A DNA stretch of 64,000 nt from an uncultured Nitrososphaerota archaeon (GCA_963842885.1 CAWJIE010000005.1:320001-384000); one strand, 5' to 3'. Shown: positions 1-10,355, counted from the first letter of the stretch. The notes: a model not told the origin generated them from the sequence alone. Translations and numbers: made by a program.

Positions 1-2
1 AC

Positions 3-1766
3 GGCACTTTCATTCCTATGAAAGTCTCAGGCACGGGCTCGGTCCAGGTTTATTTCAGTTCCAGCGACAACCTCACCGGGTCCGTCACCTCTGAAGTCAC
101 CATTCTTCCCGGCGGCAACTATGCGTCTGCCAGCTTCACGAGCACCCTGTACGTCGGGAGAACCACTCTGACCGCCGCCGCAAATGGTTACAGCGAGGAT
201 CAGAAGACCATGGCATCCTCTGCTCCGCCTCCAGCTAGTATTGTCGTTGGGGCTGCAACCCAGGTCCTCAGAGCCACTGGCGATTCCTACCCGGTCCTGT
301 ACGTGCAACTTCAGGATTCGGAGGGCAACCCAGCAAAGGCCCCCCAGCCCATCCAGGTCCTTCTTTCTGTGGACAACCCTACAGCGGGTGATGTCGACAC
401 CTTCGTGATCATACAAAAGGGCGCTTCGTACGCGGTGGCGACATTCCATTCTACCTCATCTCCTGGGTCGGTGAACATCACCGCTTCCGCCACAGGTTTC
501 TCTCCTGCATGGTACGTCGTCCAGACCGTGGAGCCGTTTCCCTCGGTCCTCGCCGTATATGCGCCTCCAGGTCAATTCTTCAATGACGGTGGCAGCTATC
601 AGGTGTTCGTCCAACTCCTGGACGCGCAGGGACGGCCTGCCAAACCTGAGCTCCCTGTACAGATCTTCCTCACGTCCGATAACCCGTCCGTGGCGAGCGT
701 AGCCGAGTCGCTCACGCTGGGGTCAGGTAGTTCCTTTGCGTCAACGGCGCTCTCCTTGGGTCAGGGGACAGGCGACGCGGTCATAACCGCCATCGCGCAG
801 GGCTTCACGGCAGGCACGGCGACGGTCGATCTTGTCACTGCGCCCGCCACCTTGAGCGTCTCCTTGGCTAGTTCGAGCGTGACAGTGGGGAACTCATATG
901 CCGTGTCGCTCTCGCTCTACAGTGGTCCAGCGCCGGTCAGCGGAGCGACCATCACAGGGTCAGCTGTGACCGGAAGGTTCTCTTCGGCCACGGGGACAAC
1001 TGGAAACGATGGCAAGCTGGGCATGCAGTATACCCCGCTGGTTCCTGGGATTGACAATCTGACCTTTGTAGCTACCAAGGTGGGCTTTGCCACGTCCACT
1101 TCCACCATAACCGTATCGGTCAACGCCTACTACACGGTGACCGTGAGCCTCATAGATGAATCCGGAGTGGGGTTGGCTGGTGCCAATGTCAGCTTAACTA
1201 ATTCAAAGGGCGTGTCGACTTCCCAGCTGACGGACGGCTCAGGGAACGCCGTCTTCACCGGGGTAACATGGGGCCAGACATCCGTGTCCGTGCCTGCACT
1301 GATACAGGGAGGCACGACACAGTATCACTTTGCGAGCCTAGTGAATTCCACATCCACTTCGGCTAGTTTCTACCTTGCGGCGGACACGACCCTGACGGGC
1401 TCATACCAGACCTACTTCTACGTGACCGGGATATCTCCGTACGGTTCCGTGACGGGTTCGGGCTGGTACCCCAAGGGCGGCACAGCCACCTTCACCGTCA
1501 GCCCAACGTCCGTCTCGTCTGGCTTCCTCATGAGCAAGAGGTTCTCCTCCTGGACAGGTGCGGCCACTGGTACACACCCCTCCATCTCCTTCGTGGTCAA
1601 CGGGCCTGGTTCCGTCACGGCGAATTGGGGCAGTGACTTCACTCTCCTCTACATATTTGTGGCCATCATAGCCGTGGTCGTGGTGGCTGCCGTTGGCGTC
1701 TTCTGGTTCATCCGGAAGCGCAGGGCTTCGACGACCGAGCCACAGAAGGAAGAGGAATTCACCTAG
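3..1766 (+). CDS. Ser/Thr-rich cell-surface protein with tandem Ig-like repeats and C-terminal membrane anchor (5' end probably outside window)
   Basis: Internal repeats VQLQDSEGNPAK...LSVDNP and VQLLDAQGRPAK...LTSDNP; C-terminal hydrophobic helix followed by RKRR; frame is open to the window edge. Confidence 0.75.
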   Translation, partial: GTFIPMKVSGTGSVQVYFSSSDNLTGSVTSEVTILPGGNYASASFTSTLYVGRTTLTAAANGYSEDQKTMASSAPPPASIVVGAATQVLRATGDSYPVLYVQLQDSEGNPAKAPQPIQVLLSVDNPTAGDVDTFVIIQKGASYAVATFHSTSSPGSVNITASATGFSPAWYVVQTVEPFPSVLAVYAPPGQFFNDGGSYQVFVQLLDAQGRPAKPELPVQIFLTSDNPSVASVAESLTLGSGSSFASTALSLGQGTGDAVITAIAQGFTAGTATVDLVTAPATLSVSLASSSVTVGNSYAVSLSLYSGPAPVSGATITGSAVTGRFSSATGTTGNDGKLGMQYTPLVPGIDNLTFVATKVGFATSTSTITVSVNAYYTVTVSLIDESGVGLAGANVSLTNSKGVSTSQLTDGSGNAVFTGVTWGQTSVSVPALIQGGTTQYHFASLVNSTSTSASFYLAADTTLTGSYQTYFYVTGISPYGSVTGSGWYPKGGTATFTVSPTSVSSGFLMSKRFSSWTGAATGTHPSISFVVNGPGSVTANWGSDFTLLYIFVAIIAVVVVAAVGVFWFIRKRRASTTEPQKEEEFT

Positions 1767-1846
1767 GATATCCTGACGTGCCCTGGACGCAAGGCGCGCC
1801 CACCATCTTTTAATACCATGAAGGGCCGCTCTAGCGAGAAACCTGG

Positions 1847-2539
1847 ATGAAAGTGAGCGCCTTCGCCGTCGACGTCGACGGCACGCTGACGGCTGAAGAG
1901 GGAGGGGTGGACCTCGAGGCCGCTTCGGTCCTCGCTAACGTGGAGCGGCTGGGCTATCCGGTCGTGCTCGTCAGCGGGCGGAGCGGCTGGGAGCTCCTGG
2001 CCCTCTCCATCAACCTCGGCCTTTCGCGGGTCGTAGTGGGCGAGAACGGCGGCGTGACGGTCTTCAAGAGCCCCCTCAGCATCCGTCTATGGGCCGACAA
2101 CACCCAGCCCACGCTCGCCTACGAATACCTGTCGAAGAGGATCGACGGACTGGTGCTCAGGGACACCTTCCCGCGCTTCACGGAGGTGGTGCTCGAGAGG
2201 ACCATGGACGTGGGCATACTGAGGAGGGAGCTGGCGGGGAGCGGCATCGGTGTGAAGGTGCTGGACAGCGGCTACGCCTTCCACATCACCAACGTCGGCG
2301 TGGACAAGTCACTGGGGCTCTCGAAGGTCCTCCAGCAGATGAAGGTCCCTCCCGAAGAGGTGGTGGCCATAGGCGACAGCGAAACCGACGTCCCCATGTT
2401 CAACCTCGTCGGCTACAGCGTGGCCGTGGGGAACAGCGACGCCGCCGCCCGCGCGGCATCCAAGCACTTCGTCAAGGGCAAGCAGGGCGAGGGCGTCATC
2501 GAGGGAGTTGGCTTTACCTTCGAAAGGTTGGTTCGATGA
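1847..2539 (+). CDS. HAD-family phosphoglycolate phosphatase (archaeal SPP-like)
   Basis: DVDGTLT motif I, SGR, GENGG, DKS, GDSETD motif IV; its stop codon lies in the left TIR of TnpB element 1. Confidence 0.85.
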   Translation: MKVSAFAVDVDGTLTAEEGGVDLEAASVLANVERLGYPVVLVSGRSGWELLALSINLGLSRVVVGENGGVTVFKSPLSIRLWADNTQPTLAYEYLSKRIDGLVLRDTFPRFTEVVLERTMDVGILRRELAGSGIGVKVLDSGYAFHITNVGVDKSLGLSKVLQQMKVPPEEVVAIGDSETDVPMFNLVGYSVAVGNSDAAARAASKHFVKGKQGEGVIEGVGFTFERLVR

Positions 2540-2597
2540 ATTCACCGGCTGATGTTGGTCCTTAAATAGAATCCAAGTCTGCTCCTTCGGCTCACCG

Positions 2598-3812
2598 TTG
2601 CAGGCCGTCAAATCTGTCAAACAGAGGTTCGTCCCTTCTAGAGAAGTGCTCACCCTAATGGAGACGTTCAGGAAGATGACCAACGTTTGCATCTCCATTG
2701 GGACGGAGGAAGAACGAAAAGGCGATCGGATCTTGACACTGATGAAGTTATGCAGGCTCTCATATCACTCGTTCGATAGATACGACATTGCCTCATATTA
2801 CAAGGTCTGCGCGATCTCCAGGGCAATGGGCATCCTTTCAGCACGGAAGAAGTCTATGAAGAGAGGCATCTCTACCAAGACACCCTACGCAGTCAAATCG
2901 ATCCTCTCTTCATGCTATGGATTCAAGGTGGAAGAAGGGAGGCTGAAGGTCCCGCTCGGTAGCAGGCGATTCGCTGAGATACCGTTGAACAGGCATACTC
3001 TGCAAGTGCTCTCGGAACCTGCCCTGAAGGTGCGCTCCTTCACGCTGAGTGCCAACAGCACCCTGAGTTTGTGCATCTCCAAAGAAGTGAAGGAGAGGGA
3101 GGTCACAGCGACGGCGGGAGTGGACAGGAACCTTAGGAACGTCACTTATGGAAACTGTAGAAGGGCGGTCCAGTACGACTTGAGCCAGGCCGTGAACATT
3201 GCCGAAAGGACGAGGTCCATCATATCATCGTTCAAGAGGAATGATGTCAGGATCAGGCGGAGAATAGCAATCAGGTACGGAAGGAGAAGGGCGACCAGGA
3301 TCCGGGAAATGCTCCATCGGTCAACCAAGCAAATGGTGAGGATGGCGATTGAATGCAGAGAAGCCATCATCTTGGAGGACATCAGGGGGATTAGGAAACT
3401 TTACCGGAAAGGGAACGGGCAGGGATCAAAATACAGAGGTATGATGAATTCGTGGTCTTTCTTCGAGGTGCAAAGACAGATAGAATACAAGGCCAGATGG
3501 GAGGGGATACCGACCGTACGGTTGACAGGGAACGAAACCAGAGGGACGTCGTCGCACTGTCCCAAATGCGGGGAGAGACTCCAATGGGCAGACAACGACG
3601 ATGGCCAGCATAGGAGGCAGCTCTGGTGCAGGACGTGTCAGAGGTGGTTGGATAGGGATGTAGCTGCCGTCATGAACCAATCTCTGAAGGGGTGGGTGAG
3701 GCTCGCCCATTCCAAAGGCGAAGCATGTGAAGCTATGAATGGGAACCAGACAACTCCTGTAATCCTTAGAGTGGATGCTTCGAAGTCAAGTTGTCAGCAG
3801 TCCAGCCGATGA
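2598..3812 (+). CDS. tnpB: TnpB RNA-guided endonuclease
   Basis: RuvC-I GVDRN, RuvC-II LEDI, Zn finger CPKC...CRTC, RuvC-III DRDVAAVMN. Confidence 0.92.
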   Translation: MQAVKSVKQRFVPSREVLTLMETFRKMTNVCISIGTEEERKGDRILTLMKLCRLSYHSFDRYDIASYYKVCAISRAMGILSARKKSMKRGISTKTPYAVKSILSSCYGFKVEEGRLKVPLGSRRFAEIPLNRHTLQVLSEPALKVRSFTLSANSTLSLCISKEVKEREVTATAGVDRNLRNVTYGNCRRAVQYDLSQAVNIAERTRSIISSFKRNDVRIRRRIAIRYGRRRATRIREMLHRSTKQMVRMAIECREAIILEDIRGIRKLYRKGNGQGSKYRGMMNSWSFFEVQRQIEYKARWEGIPTVRLTGNETRGTSSHCPKCGERLQWADNDDGQHRRQLWCRTCQRWLDRDVAAVMNQSLKGWVRLAHSKGEACEAMNGNQTTPVILRVDASKSSCQQSSR

Positions 3813-3824
3813 CTTGGCAGAGCC
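3685..3824 (+). ncRNA. Putative omega/reRNA scaffold of TnpB copy 1 (5' boundary approximate; guide would follow 3824)
   Basis: Conserved across three copies; stem CGAAGCAT/ATGCTTCG and loop GGCTC complementary to terminal GAGCC both covary with copies 2 and 3. Confidence 0.7.
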
Positions 3825-3876
3825 CGAAAGGTTAATCAAAGCAGGGTCGCATCGAAGATAGGGAATAGGTGAACAC

Positions 3877-5789
3877 CTGACGTTCAGAGAAGCCCAGGCC
3901 GAGGCCAGCCGCCTCATCGACGGCGCCCTGCACGAGATGGGGGTCGAGCCGATGCCATACGCATTCTCCGAACCTCCCCACCCGGACCTCGGCGAGCTAA
4001 CCTGCAACGTCGCTTTTTCGCTGGCCAAGGTCCTCGGCCTGTCGCCAAAGGACGCGGCGGCCAGGGCTGTCGAGAACATCAACTTCAGGGACTCACGGTA
4101 CGTCCTCAGCGCCCAGGCCCATCCCGCCGGCTACATCAACTTCAGGCTGAACCTCCCGGAGCTGGCGTTTGAGACCATCAACGCCGCCATAGGGGACCCG
4201 AACTTCGGCTCGCTGAAGTACGGAGCCGGCAAGAAGGTAATAGTCGAGCACACCAGCGTCAACCCGAACAAGGCCCTTCACATCGGCCACGCGAGGAACT
4301 CCGTCGTAGGCGACACCCTCGCCCGGATCTACAGGAAGGTCGGGTACAATGTCGAGGTCCTCAACTACATCGACGACACCGGCATCCAGGTGGCCGACGT
4401 CATCACCGGCATGCTCTACGGGGACCTGCCGAAGAAGGCCGCCTTCTGGAATCAAGTACGACCAGTACTGTGGAGACTACGTCTACGTCAAGGTAAACGA
4501 CCTTTACACGCTGCAGCCAGACCTCGTCGAGAAGAGGAAGGAGGTCAGCAGGGCCATAGAGGAGGGGGACAACAAGACGGCCAAGATGGCCCAGGAGGTG
4601 GTGGAGAAGGTGGTCAGGGCCCAGCTGGAGACGCTGGCGAGGATGAACATCCAGTACGACCTCCTGAACTTCGAGAGCCACATCCTCCGGACGGGTTACT
4701 GGGACGAGGCCTTCGACCTACTCAAGAAGAAGGGCGTGGTCAAGCTGGCGACGGAGGGGAAGCTCAAGGGCTGCTGGGTCCTGGAGTCGGACGAGGAGGG
4801 AGAGGAGAAGGTCCTCGTCCGCAGCGACGGCACCGCCGTCTACGCGGCGAAGGACATCCCCTACGCCGCTTGGAAGATGGGCATCCTCCCCGACCGCTTC
4901 GCCTATGTCAAGTTCCTGATACAGGCCGGGGGAAGGCAGCTCTGGGCCACCTCGCCGGAGCCCAGGAAGAAGGGGGGGAAGGGCCCCATCTTCGGTGGGA
5001 GCGACCTCTGCGTTTCGGTCATCGGCGCCAGCCAGAGCCGCGTCCAGCGGTTCGTGGCCTTCGCCCTGGAGAAGCTGGGCCTCGGCGACAGGACCTACCG
5101 TCACCTCGCATACGGAGAGGTCAGCCTCAGCAACGAGACCGCTAAGGACCTCGGCATGAAGGTCAAGGACGACAAGGAGTCCCTCAGGATGTCCGGCCGC
5201 TTCGGGATCTACGTCAACGTAGACGACGTGTTGGATTCCTTAGGTCAGAAGGCCAGAGAGCAGAGCGCCCACGGGAACCCTGGGGCCTCAGCTGAGTTGG
5301 CTGTCCTTCGTCAGCGAAAAGCTGGCCGTGGCCGCCCTTCGCTACGACATGGTCAAGCAGGACCTGGACAAGACCGTCACCTTCGACCTCAAGGAGTCGC
5401 TCAAGCTCGAAGGGGACACCGGCCCGTACGTCGTCTACAGCTACGCCCGCGCGTCCAGGCTCCTGGAGAAGATGGGATTCACCCCCGTCAAGCTCACAAG
5501 GCCGGTCGCGGCGCAGCTGAAGGGCGTCGACGAGAGGCGCCTCTTCCTGCTGATGTCTAAGTTCGACATGGAGCTGGAGAACGCGGAAAGGGCGATCGCA
5601 CCTCGCAAGATCGCCCAGTACGCCCACGACCTGGCCGTCGCATTCAACCAGTTCTACGAGACGTCGCCCGTGATCTCCGAGAAGGAAGTCGAAGTCAAGA
5701 AGGCGAGGGCCTACCTCGTCCTCGGGTACAAGATGGTCATGCTGGAGGTCCTCGCCCTCCTGGGCATCGAGCCGCTGACCGCAATATAG
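3877..5789 (+). CDS. argS: Arginine--tRNA ligase (split over three frames, probable sequence errors)
   Basis: VEHTSVNPNKALHIGHARN HIGH motif, RSDGTAVY, MSGRFG, EGDTGPYVVYSYAR; in-frame CTG start after AGGTGA. Confidence 0.9.
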
Positions 5790-5834
5790 AATCCTTTATT
5801 TCAGGGAGAAGGGCCTAGGTCTACTGTCATCCTT

Positions 5835-6458
5835 ATGGGCCTCAGAGAGATATTCATCCCACAGGATAAGATATTCTTCGAGCTTCTTGAAAGGGAGTCC
5901 CAGAACGTCCTCCAGGGCGCCCTGGCCTTGAAGGACTTCGTCAACGACTTCACCGACGTCCCCGTGAAGAGGGACAAGATCAAGGAGATAGAGCACAAGG
6001 GCGACGATATCGTCCACGAGATCTACCTCCGCCTGAACAAGAGCTTCATCACCCCCATCGACCATGAGGACATCGCCAAGCTCGCCTCCAGCTACGACGA
6101 CGTGATCGACTTCATCTACGCCACGGCCAACAGGCTCGCCCTCTACGAGGTGGGCCAGACCACGGTCGTCATGAAGCAGTTCGCCGAGATCATCCTCTCC
6201 AGCGTCCTAGAGCTGGACAGGGCCTTCGCCTCCATGCGCAAGCTCAGCAAGGACATAGACGAGCGCTGCAACGAAGTGGACAGGCTCGAGAACGTGGCCG
6301 ACGTCCTCCTCAACGAGTCCGTGGCCGACCTCTTCAAGAGCGGCGACCTCCTCCAGATAGTCAAGCTGAAGGAGATCTACGAGCACATGGAGGGGACCAC
6401 CGACAAGTGCGAAGACGTGGGATACGTCCTCCGCGACATAGTCATGAAGAACACCTGA
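5835..6458 (+). CDS. DUF47/PhoU-like phosphate transport regulator
   Basis: EHKGD...FITPIDHEDI, ENVAD, TDKCEDV motifs; lies upstream of Pit. Confidence 0.85.
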   Translation: MGLREIFIPQDKIFFELLERESQNVLQGALALKDFVNDFTDVPVKRDKIKEIEHKGDDIVHEIYLRLNKSFITPIDHEDIAKLASSYDDVIDFIYATANRLALYEVGQTTVVMKQFAEIILSSVLELDRAFASMRKLSKDIDERCNEVDRLENVADVLLNESVADLFKSGDLLQIVKLKEIYEHMEGTTDKCEDVGYVLRDIVMKNT

Positions 6459-6459
6459 G

Positions 6460-7472
6460 CTGATCGCCCTGACCGACTTCCTCTACGTAGCCGGCATCAT
6501 CTTCGTCGCCTATTCGTTCGACTTCTTCAACGGCTTCCATGACGCCGCCAACGCCATCTCGACGGTGGTCTCGACGAGGGTGCTCTCGCCACAGAGGGCA
6601 GTGCTCCTGGCCGCCTTCTTCAACTTCATCGCCTTCGTGGTGTTCGGCGTGGCCGTCGCCGGCTTCATAGGCTCAGGGATCGTCAACCCCCATTTCGTCG
6701 ACGCCAACGTCGTCCTCGGCGCGCTTAGTGGGCGCCATCTCCTGGGACATCATCACCTGGAGGCTGGGGCTGCCCACCAGCTCCTCTCACGCCCTGATAG
6801 GGGGTCTCGTCGGCGCCACCGTCACCAAGGTCAGGGTTCTCCGTCGTGGAGTGGGCGGGGCTGTCGAAGGTCGTCGCCTTCATGTTCATCTCCCCTCTCG
6901 TGGGTATGGCCGCCGCCTTCGGCCTCTCCATAGTCTTCATCAGGATCTTCTACAAGAGCACTTCAGCCACTATCAACCAGTACTTCCGCCGGCTTCAGCT
7001 GGTCTCCTCCAGCCTCCTCAGCCTGAGCCACGGTACCAACGACGCCCAGAAGACGATGGGGGTCGTGACGTTGCTGCTCTTCAGCGCGGGCTACGTCTCC
7101 TCCGCGGCTGTCCCCCCACTCTGGGTGGTCCTTGCCGCCCACTTCTCCATCGCCCTGGGCACGGCTCTCGGCGGCTGGAGGATCGTCAGGACCATGGGCA
7201 TGAGGATCACGAAGCTTCAGCCCTTCAACGGCTTCGCCGCAGAGACGGCCAGCGCAGCGACCATCATCACGGCCTCCTTCCTCGGCATACCCGTGAGCAC
7301 CACCCATGTGGTCTCCGGCGCGATAATGGGTGTAGGGGCGACCCGCAGGCTGTCCGCGGTGAGATGGGGCATCGCCAGGAGGATCGTCTTGGCTTGGTTC
7401 GTGACCATCCCGGCCTCAGCGGCGGTCGCATCCGTCTCCTATTTCGTGATCTCTTCCTTCGTCCACCTATGA
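6460..7472 (+). CDS. pit: Inorganic phosphate transporter, Pit family (frameshifted)
   Basis: NGFHDAANAIST, GLPTSSSHALIGG, HGTNDAQKTMG, PVSTTHVVSG across frames. Confidence 0.88.
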
Positions 7473-8136
7473 GCGTCTGAGATGCTCAAGGAGCTCCTCG
7501 AGGTTCTCAAGGTTGGGCATCCCCAGCTCCTCTGCCAGCTGACGGTTCCCCACGACGAAACCCCTCCCGGCGGCCCTGAGGAACGAGGAGTCGTACCTGC
7601 TGTCTCCCACACAGACCGTGTCCTGGAGCTTCACGCCCATCCTCTTGGCAAGGCCGGCCAGGACGAGGTCCTTTCGAAGGGGCTCGACTAGGGGGTAGAG
7701 CTTGCCGTTGAAGTTGCCTGCCCTGTCGAAACCTATCCTGTTGGCCATCACGTACTTGATCCTCAGCTTCCTCGCGACGGCCTTCGCCATGAGGTCCAGG
7801 GCCGAGGTTACGATGGCGATTTCGTAGCCGAGAAGCCGTAGGTCGTCCACCACGCCCGGGGCCTCAGGCCTCATGGTGTACCCTCCCAACACGTCGAGGA
7901 GCTCCTCCCTCTTCAACGGCCTGGGCCACGCCGAAAGGTCCCTTTTCATGAACTGGACGTAGCTGATAGTGTAGCCGGAGTAGTCCCTGTGAGCCTGCTC
8001 GGCCGCCCTCAGCGGTCCCGAAGTGCTCGTGGAGCATCTCCCAGCTGGGGGTCCCGGTCAGCAGGGTGCCGTCGAGGTCGAAGGCCACGAGCCTCCTGAC
8101 CTTGGTGAACCTTCCTTCACGCTCCTTGACCCGCAC
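7467..8136 (-). CDS. HAD-IB phosphoserine-phosphatase-like hydrolase (frameshift near 8010)
   Basis: AFDLDGTL in the first frame; VTSA, ANRI, K and VGDSRYD in the second. Confidence 0.8.
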
Positions 8137-8237
8137 GTCGAAGAAGTCCGATTACACGCATATATATTGTAGCCGGGGTGAGTTGGGGCAAGGACTTCGC
8201 GATGCAGGACGGAGACTTCCCGAGGGTGTAGCCTGAC

Positions 8238-9224
8238 TTGAAGGTGAGTTACGTCACGCTCGCTGCCATCGTCCTGAGCGTAATCATCCTCGTCATCATC
8301 ACTTCGGTCAGCGGCATCAACCCCGCCGTCATCCTCACCCTCGGGCCCCTGTTCCTGCTCGGGGCCATCGCCTCGGTCCTGCTGAGGCTCCTGTTCCAGG
8401 GGCTGCGCTTCAACTACATCCTCAGGTCCTTCAGCGAACGGAGGTACGGCTTCCTCGAGAGCGTGGCGGTGCGTATCGGAAGCGAGTTCGTGGCCCAGAC
8501 CAGCGCCGCCTACGTCGGGGGAGAGGTGGCCCGGGCGGCTTGGATGGCCAAGAACGGGGAGGCATCGGGGAAGGCCCTCTGGCTCCCCTACATCGAAATC
8601 GTCTTCGATGTGTTCGCCGGGAACTGCATCGGCGTTGTCGCCGGTGTGATTGCCATCCTATCCGGCGACTCCTTCCTGGGTGGCGTCGTCCTCGTCCTGT
8701 CGCTCTTCATACTCTCCTTAGTCACCTCCGTGGTGCTGCTTTCAAGGAAGAGGTTCATTCACATGCCCTCGTTAGCGATGACACCCCTAAGATGGGTGGT
8801 GGGGGAGCGCCGAGCCACAGGCCTGTTCGAGAAGGGGAACGCCTTCATGGCGGAGTTCTGTGAGGCGGCCACCCATACGTTCACACGCAGGAACTCGGTC
8901 AAACTCCTAGTCATCGGCGCGTGTACGGCCGTGATGGTGCTGCTGACCGTGTCGACTCTATGGTTGGTGGCGCTCGGACTGGGCCTGCCCCTGTCGTTCG
9001 TCGACTGCGCGCCGCTCGTCTACACCTCCATCGTCCTCGGCAACCTTCCGATAACGCTCGGCGGCTCCGGTGTGGCCGAGGCGGGCATCTACTTCTATGC
9101 TTCAGCGGTCTTCAACGTGAGCTCGTGGCCCATGGTCTTCGCCTGGCGCATCTTGAGCTACCATTTCGTGCTCCTCATCACGGGGATCCCGGCCTTCGTG
9201 ATACTCCGCAGGTACACCAAGTGA
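8238..9224 (+). CDS. Lysylphosphatidylglycerol-synthase TM domain / flippase-like membrane protein
   Basis: Multiple TM helices; GGEVAR, PITLGGSGVAE, WRILSY motifs. Confidence 0.75.
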   Translation: MKVSYVTLAAIVLSVIILVIITSVSGINPAVILTLGPLFLLGAIASVLLRLLFQGLRFNYILRSFSERRYGFLESVAVRIGSEFVAQTSAAYVGGEVARAAWMAKNGEASGKALWLPYIEIVFDVFAGNCIGVVAGVIAILSGDSFLGGVVLVLSLFILSLVTSVVLLSRKRFIHMPSLAMTPLRWVVGERRATGLFEKGNAFMAEFCEAATHTFTRRNSVKLLVIGACTAVMVLLTVSTLWLVALGLGLPLSFVDCAPLVYTSIVLGNLPITLGGSGVAEAGIYFYASAVFNVSSWPMVFAWRILSYHFVLLITGIPAFVILRRYTK

Positions 9225-9228
9225 GCTT

Positions 9229-9537
9229 CTAGGCTCCCGGCACTGCACCCTCTTTCCGCTTGGGCAGATTGATGAGGTAGAGGGCGCCATATGCTAGGCA
9301 GACCCACACGAGGAAGTCCACGATCAGGTAGAAGGCGTTGACCTTGAAGAAGCTCGAGGGGCCCACCGGCGACGCCACCTCGAAGAGGACGAACTGAAGG
9401 GGAAGGCCTGCCCCCTTCTCCGAGTAGGTGATGGGGCCCCGAGAGTTGGAGGTGACCCATTGATAGCTGAACGAAACGCTCAGGCTCAGAAGCAGGATGA
9501 CTGCCCCCGCGGCAATCGCGATAGTGCTTCTCTGCAT
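9229..9537 (-). CDS. Small membrane protein, unknown function
   Basis: N-terminal signal/TM and second TM; host-like codon usage. Confidence 0.55.
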   Translation of the reverse strand: MQRSTIAIAAGAVILLLSLSVSFSYQWVTSNSRGPITYSEKGAGLPLQFVLFEVASPVGPSSFFKVNAFYLIVDFLVWVCLAYGALYLINLPKRKEGAVPGA

Positions 9538-9565
9538 CCCAAGGTCTCTCCTGGAGGGGCTCCCG

Positions 9566-10246
9566 TCAGGAGACCACGCGGAAGCCGGGTTCTTTAATAT
9601 TGTTTCTCACAGATATATTCAGCAGCAGCGGGGTCAGAGCCTCAAGTGAGGCCGACACGGTCAACGGACCTGCGAAGAGCGGGCGGAGGCCGTCCACTCC
9701 CTCTAGCACCTGTGCCGCCGTGGCAACCGAATCCTTCGGCCCAGCGAGGGGCACGTCGAAGCCGAGGGGATCGCCCAGGTCGGCCAGCCTCCCAGCTGGA
9801 ACGCAGTGAAGTCCTGACACGACACGGGCCCCTGCGCCGAGGGTCTCCTGGACGAGCTCCGCGGCCGAAGCCGTCCGCCCTCCCACCAGAAACGGCCTGT
9901 AGGTGAAAGCCCCTCCCTCCCTGACGAACCTCGTCACCGGCGAGAGGACAAGCTGTCCCTTCCAGGCGTAGCCCTTGGCGGTTTCGAGGAAGCCTTCGAG
10001 GGTGTCGGCAGGGACGGCCAGCACGACTAAATCGGACTGTCCGACCGTCTCGGAGTTGGACGCCCCAGATACGCTCCCGGCGGCCATGCCCCCGAACCGT
10101 GCCTGGACCATCTGCTCCAGTTCCTTCGCCACCGACTTCGCCCTTTCTTCGTCCCTGGAGCCGACGATCACTTCATTGCGACGGGCCAGGCGTAAGGCCA
10201 GACCGCCGCCCAGGCCACCGCTTCCACCGATGATCCCGACCTTCAA
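9566..10246 (-). CDS. npdG: NADPH-dependent F420 reductase (Fno-like)
   Basis: KVGIIGGSGGLGGGLA Rossmann fold, GSRDEERA, SAAE, LEALTPLL; start set to TTG 10246. Confidence 0.8.
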   Translation of the reverse strand: MKVGIIGGSGGLGGGLALRLARRNEVIVGSRDEERAKSVAKELEQMVQARFGGMAAGSVSGASNSETVGQSDLVVLAVPADTLEGFLETAKGYAWKGQLVLSPVTRFVREGGAFTYRPFLVGGRTASAAELVQETLGAGARVVSGLHCVPAGRLADLGDPLGFDVPLAGPKDSVATAAQVLEGVDGLRPLFAGPLTVSASLEALTPLLLNISVRNNIKEPGFRVVS

Positions 10247-10355
10247 CGCGTCTTCCCTCAGGCTGGCTGGCGATTTAAGCCTTGGACGATTTCTCCTCTG
10301 GAAAGTTGTCGGTTGATGTAGGCCCTTAATAGTGATTCCGAACTGCATCCTTGAT

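Larger units (their letters stand above)
2530..3824 (+). mobile_element. TIR-bounded TnpB-only element, copy 1 (9 bp TSD CGAAAGGTT at 2521-2529 and 3825-3833)
   Basis: Left end GGTTCGATGAATTCACCGGCTG matches reverse complement of right end GGCTCTGCCAAGTCATCGGCTG at 15/22; exact 9 bp flanking direct repeat. Confidence 0.8.

Noticed and set aside
10311-10318. Conserved GG(T/C)TGATG upstream of each tnpB read as an ISDra2-like TTGAT TAM
   Set aside because: It lies 17 bp inside the element and pairs with the right end as part of the TIR, so it is element sequence and not target flank.
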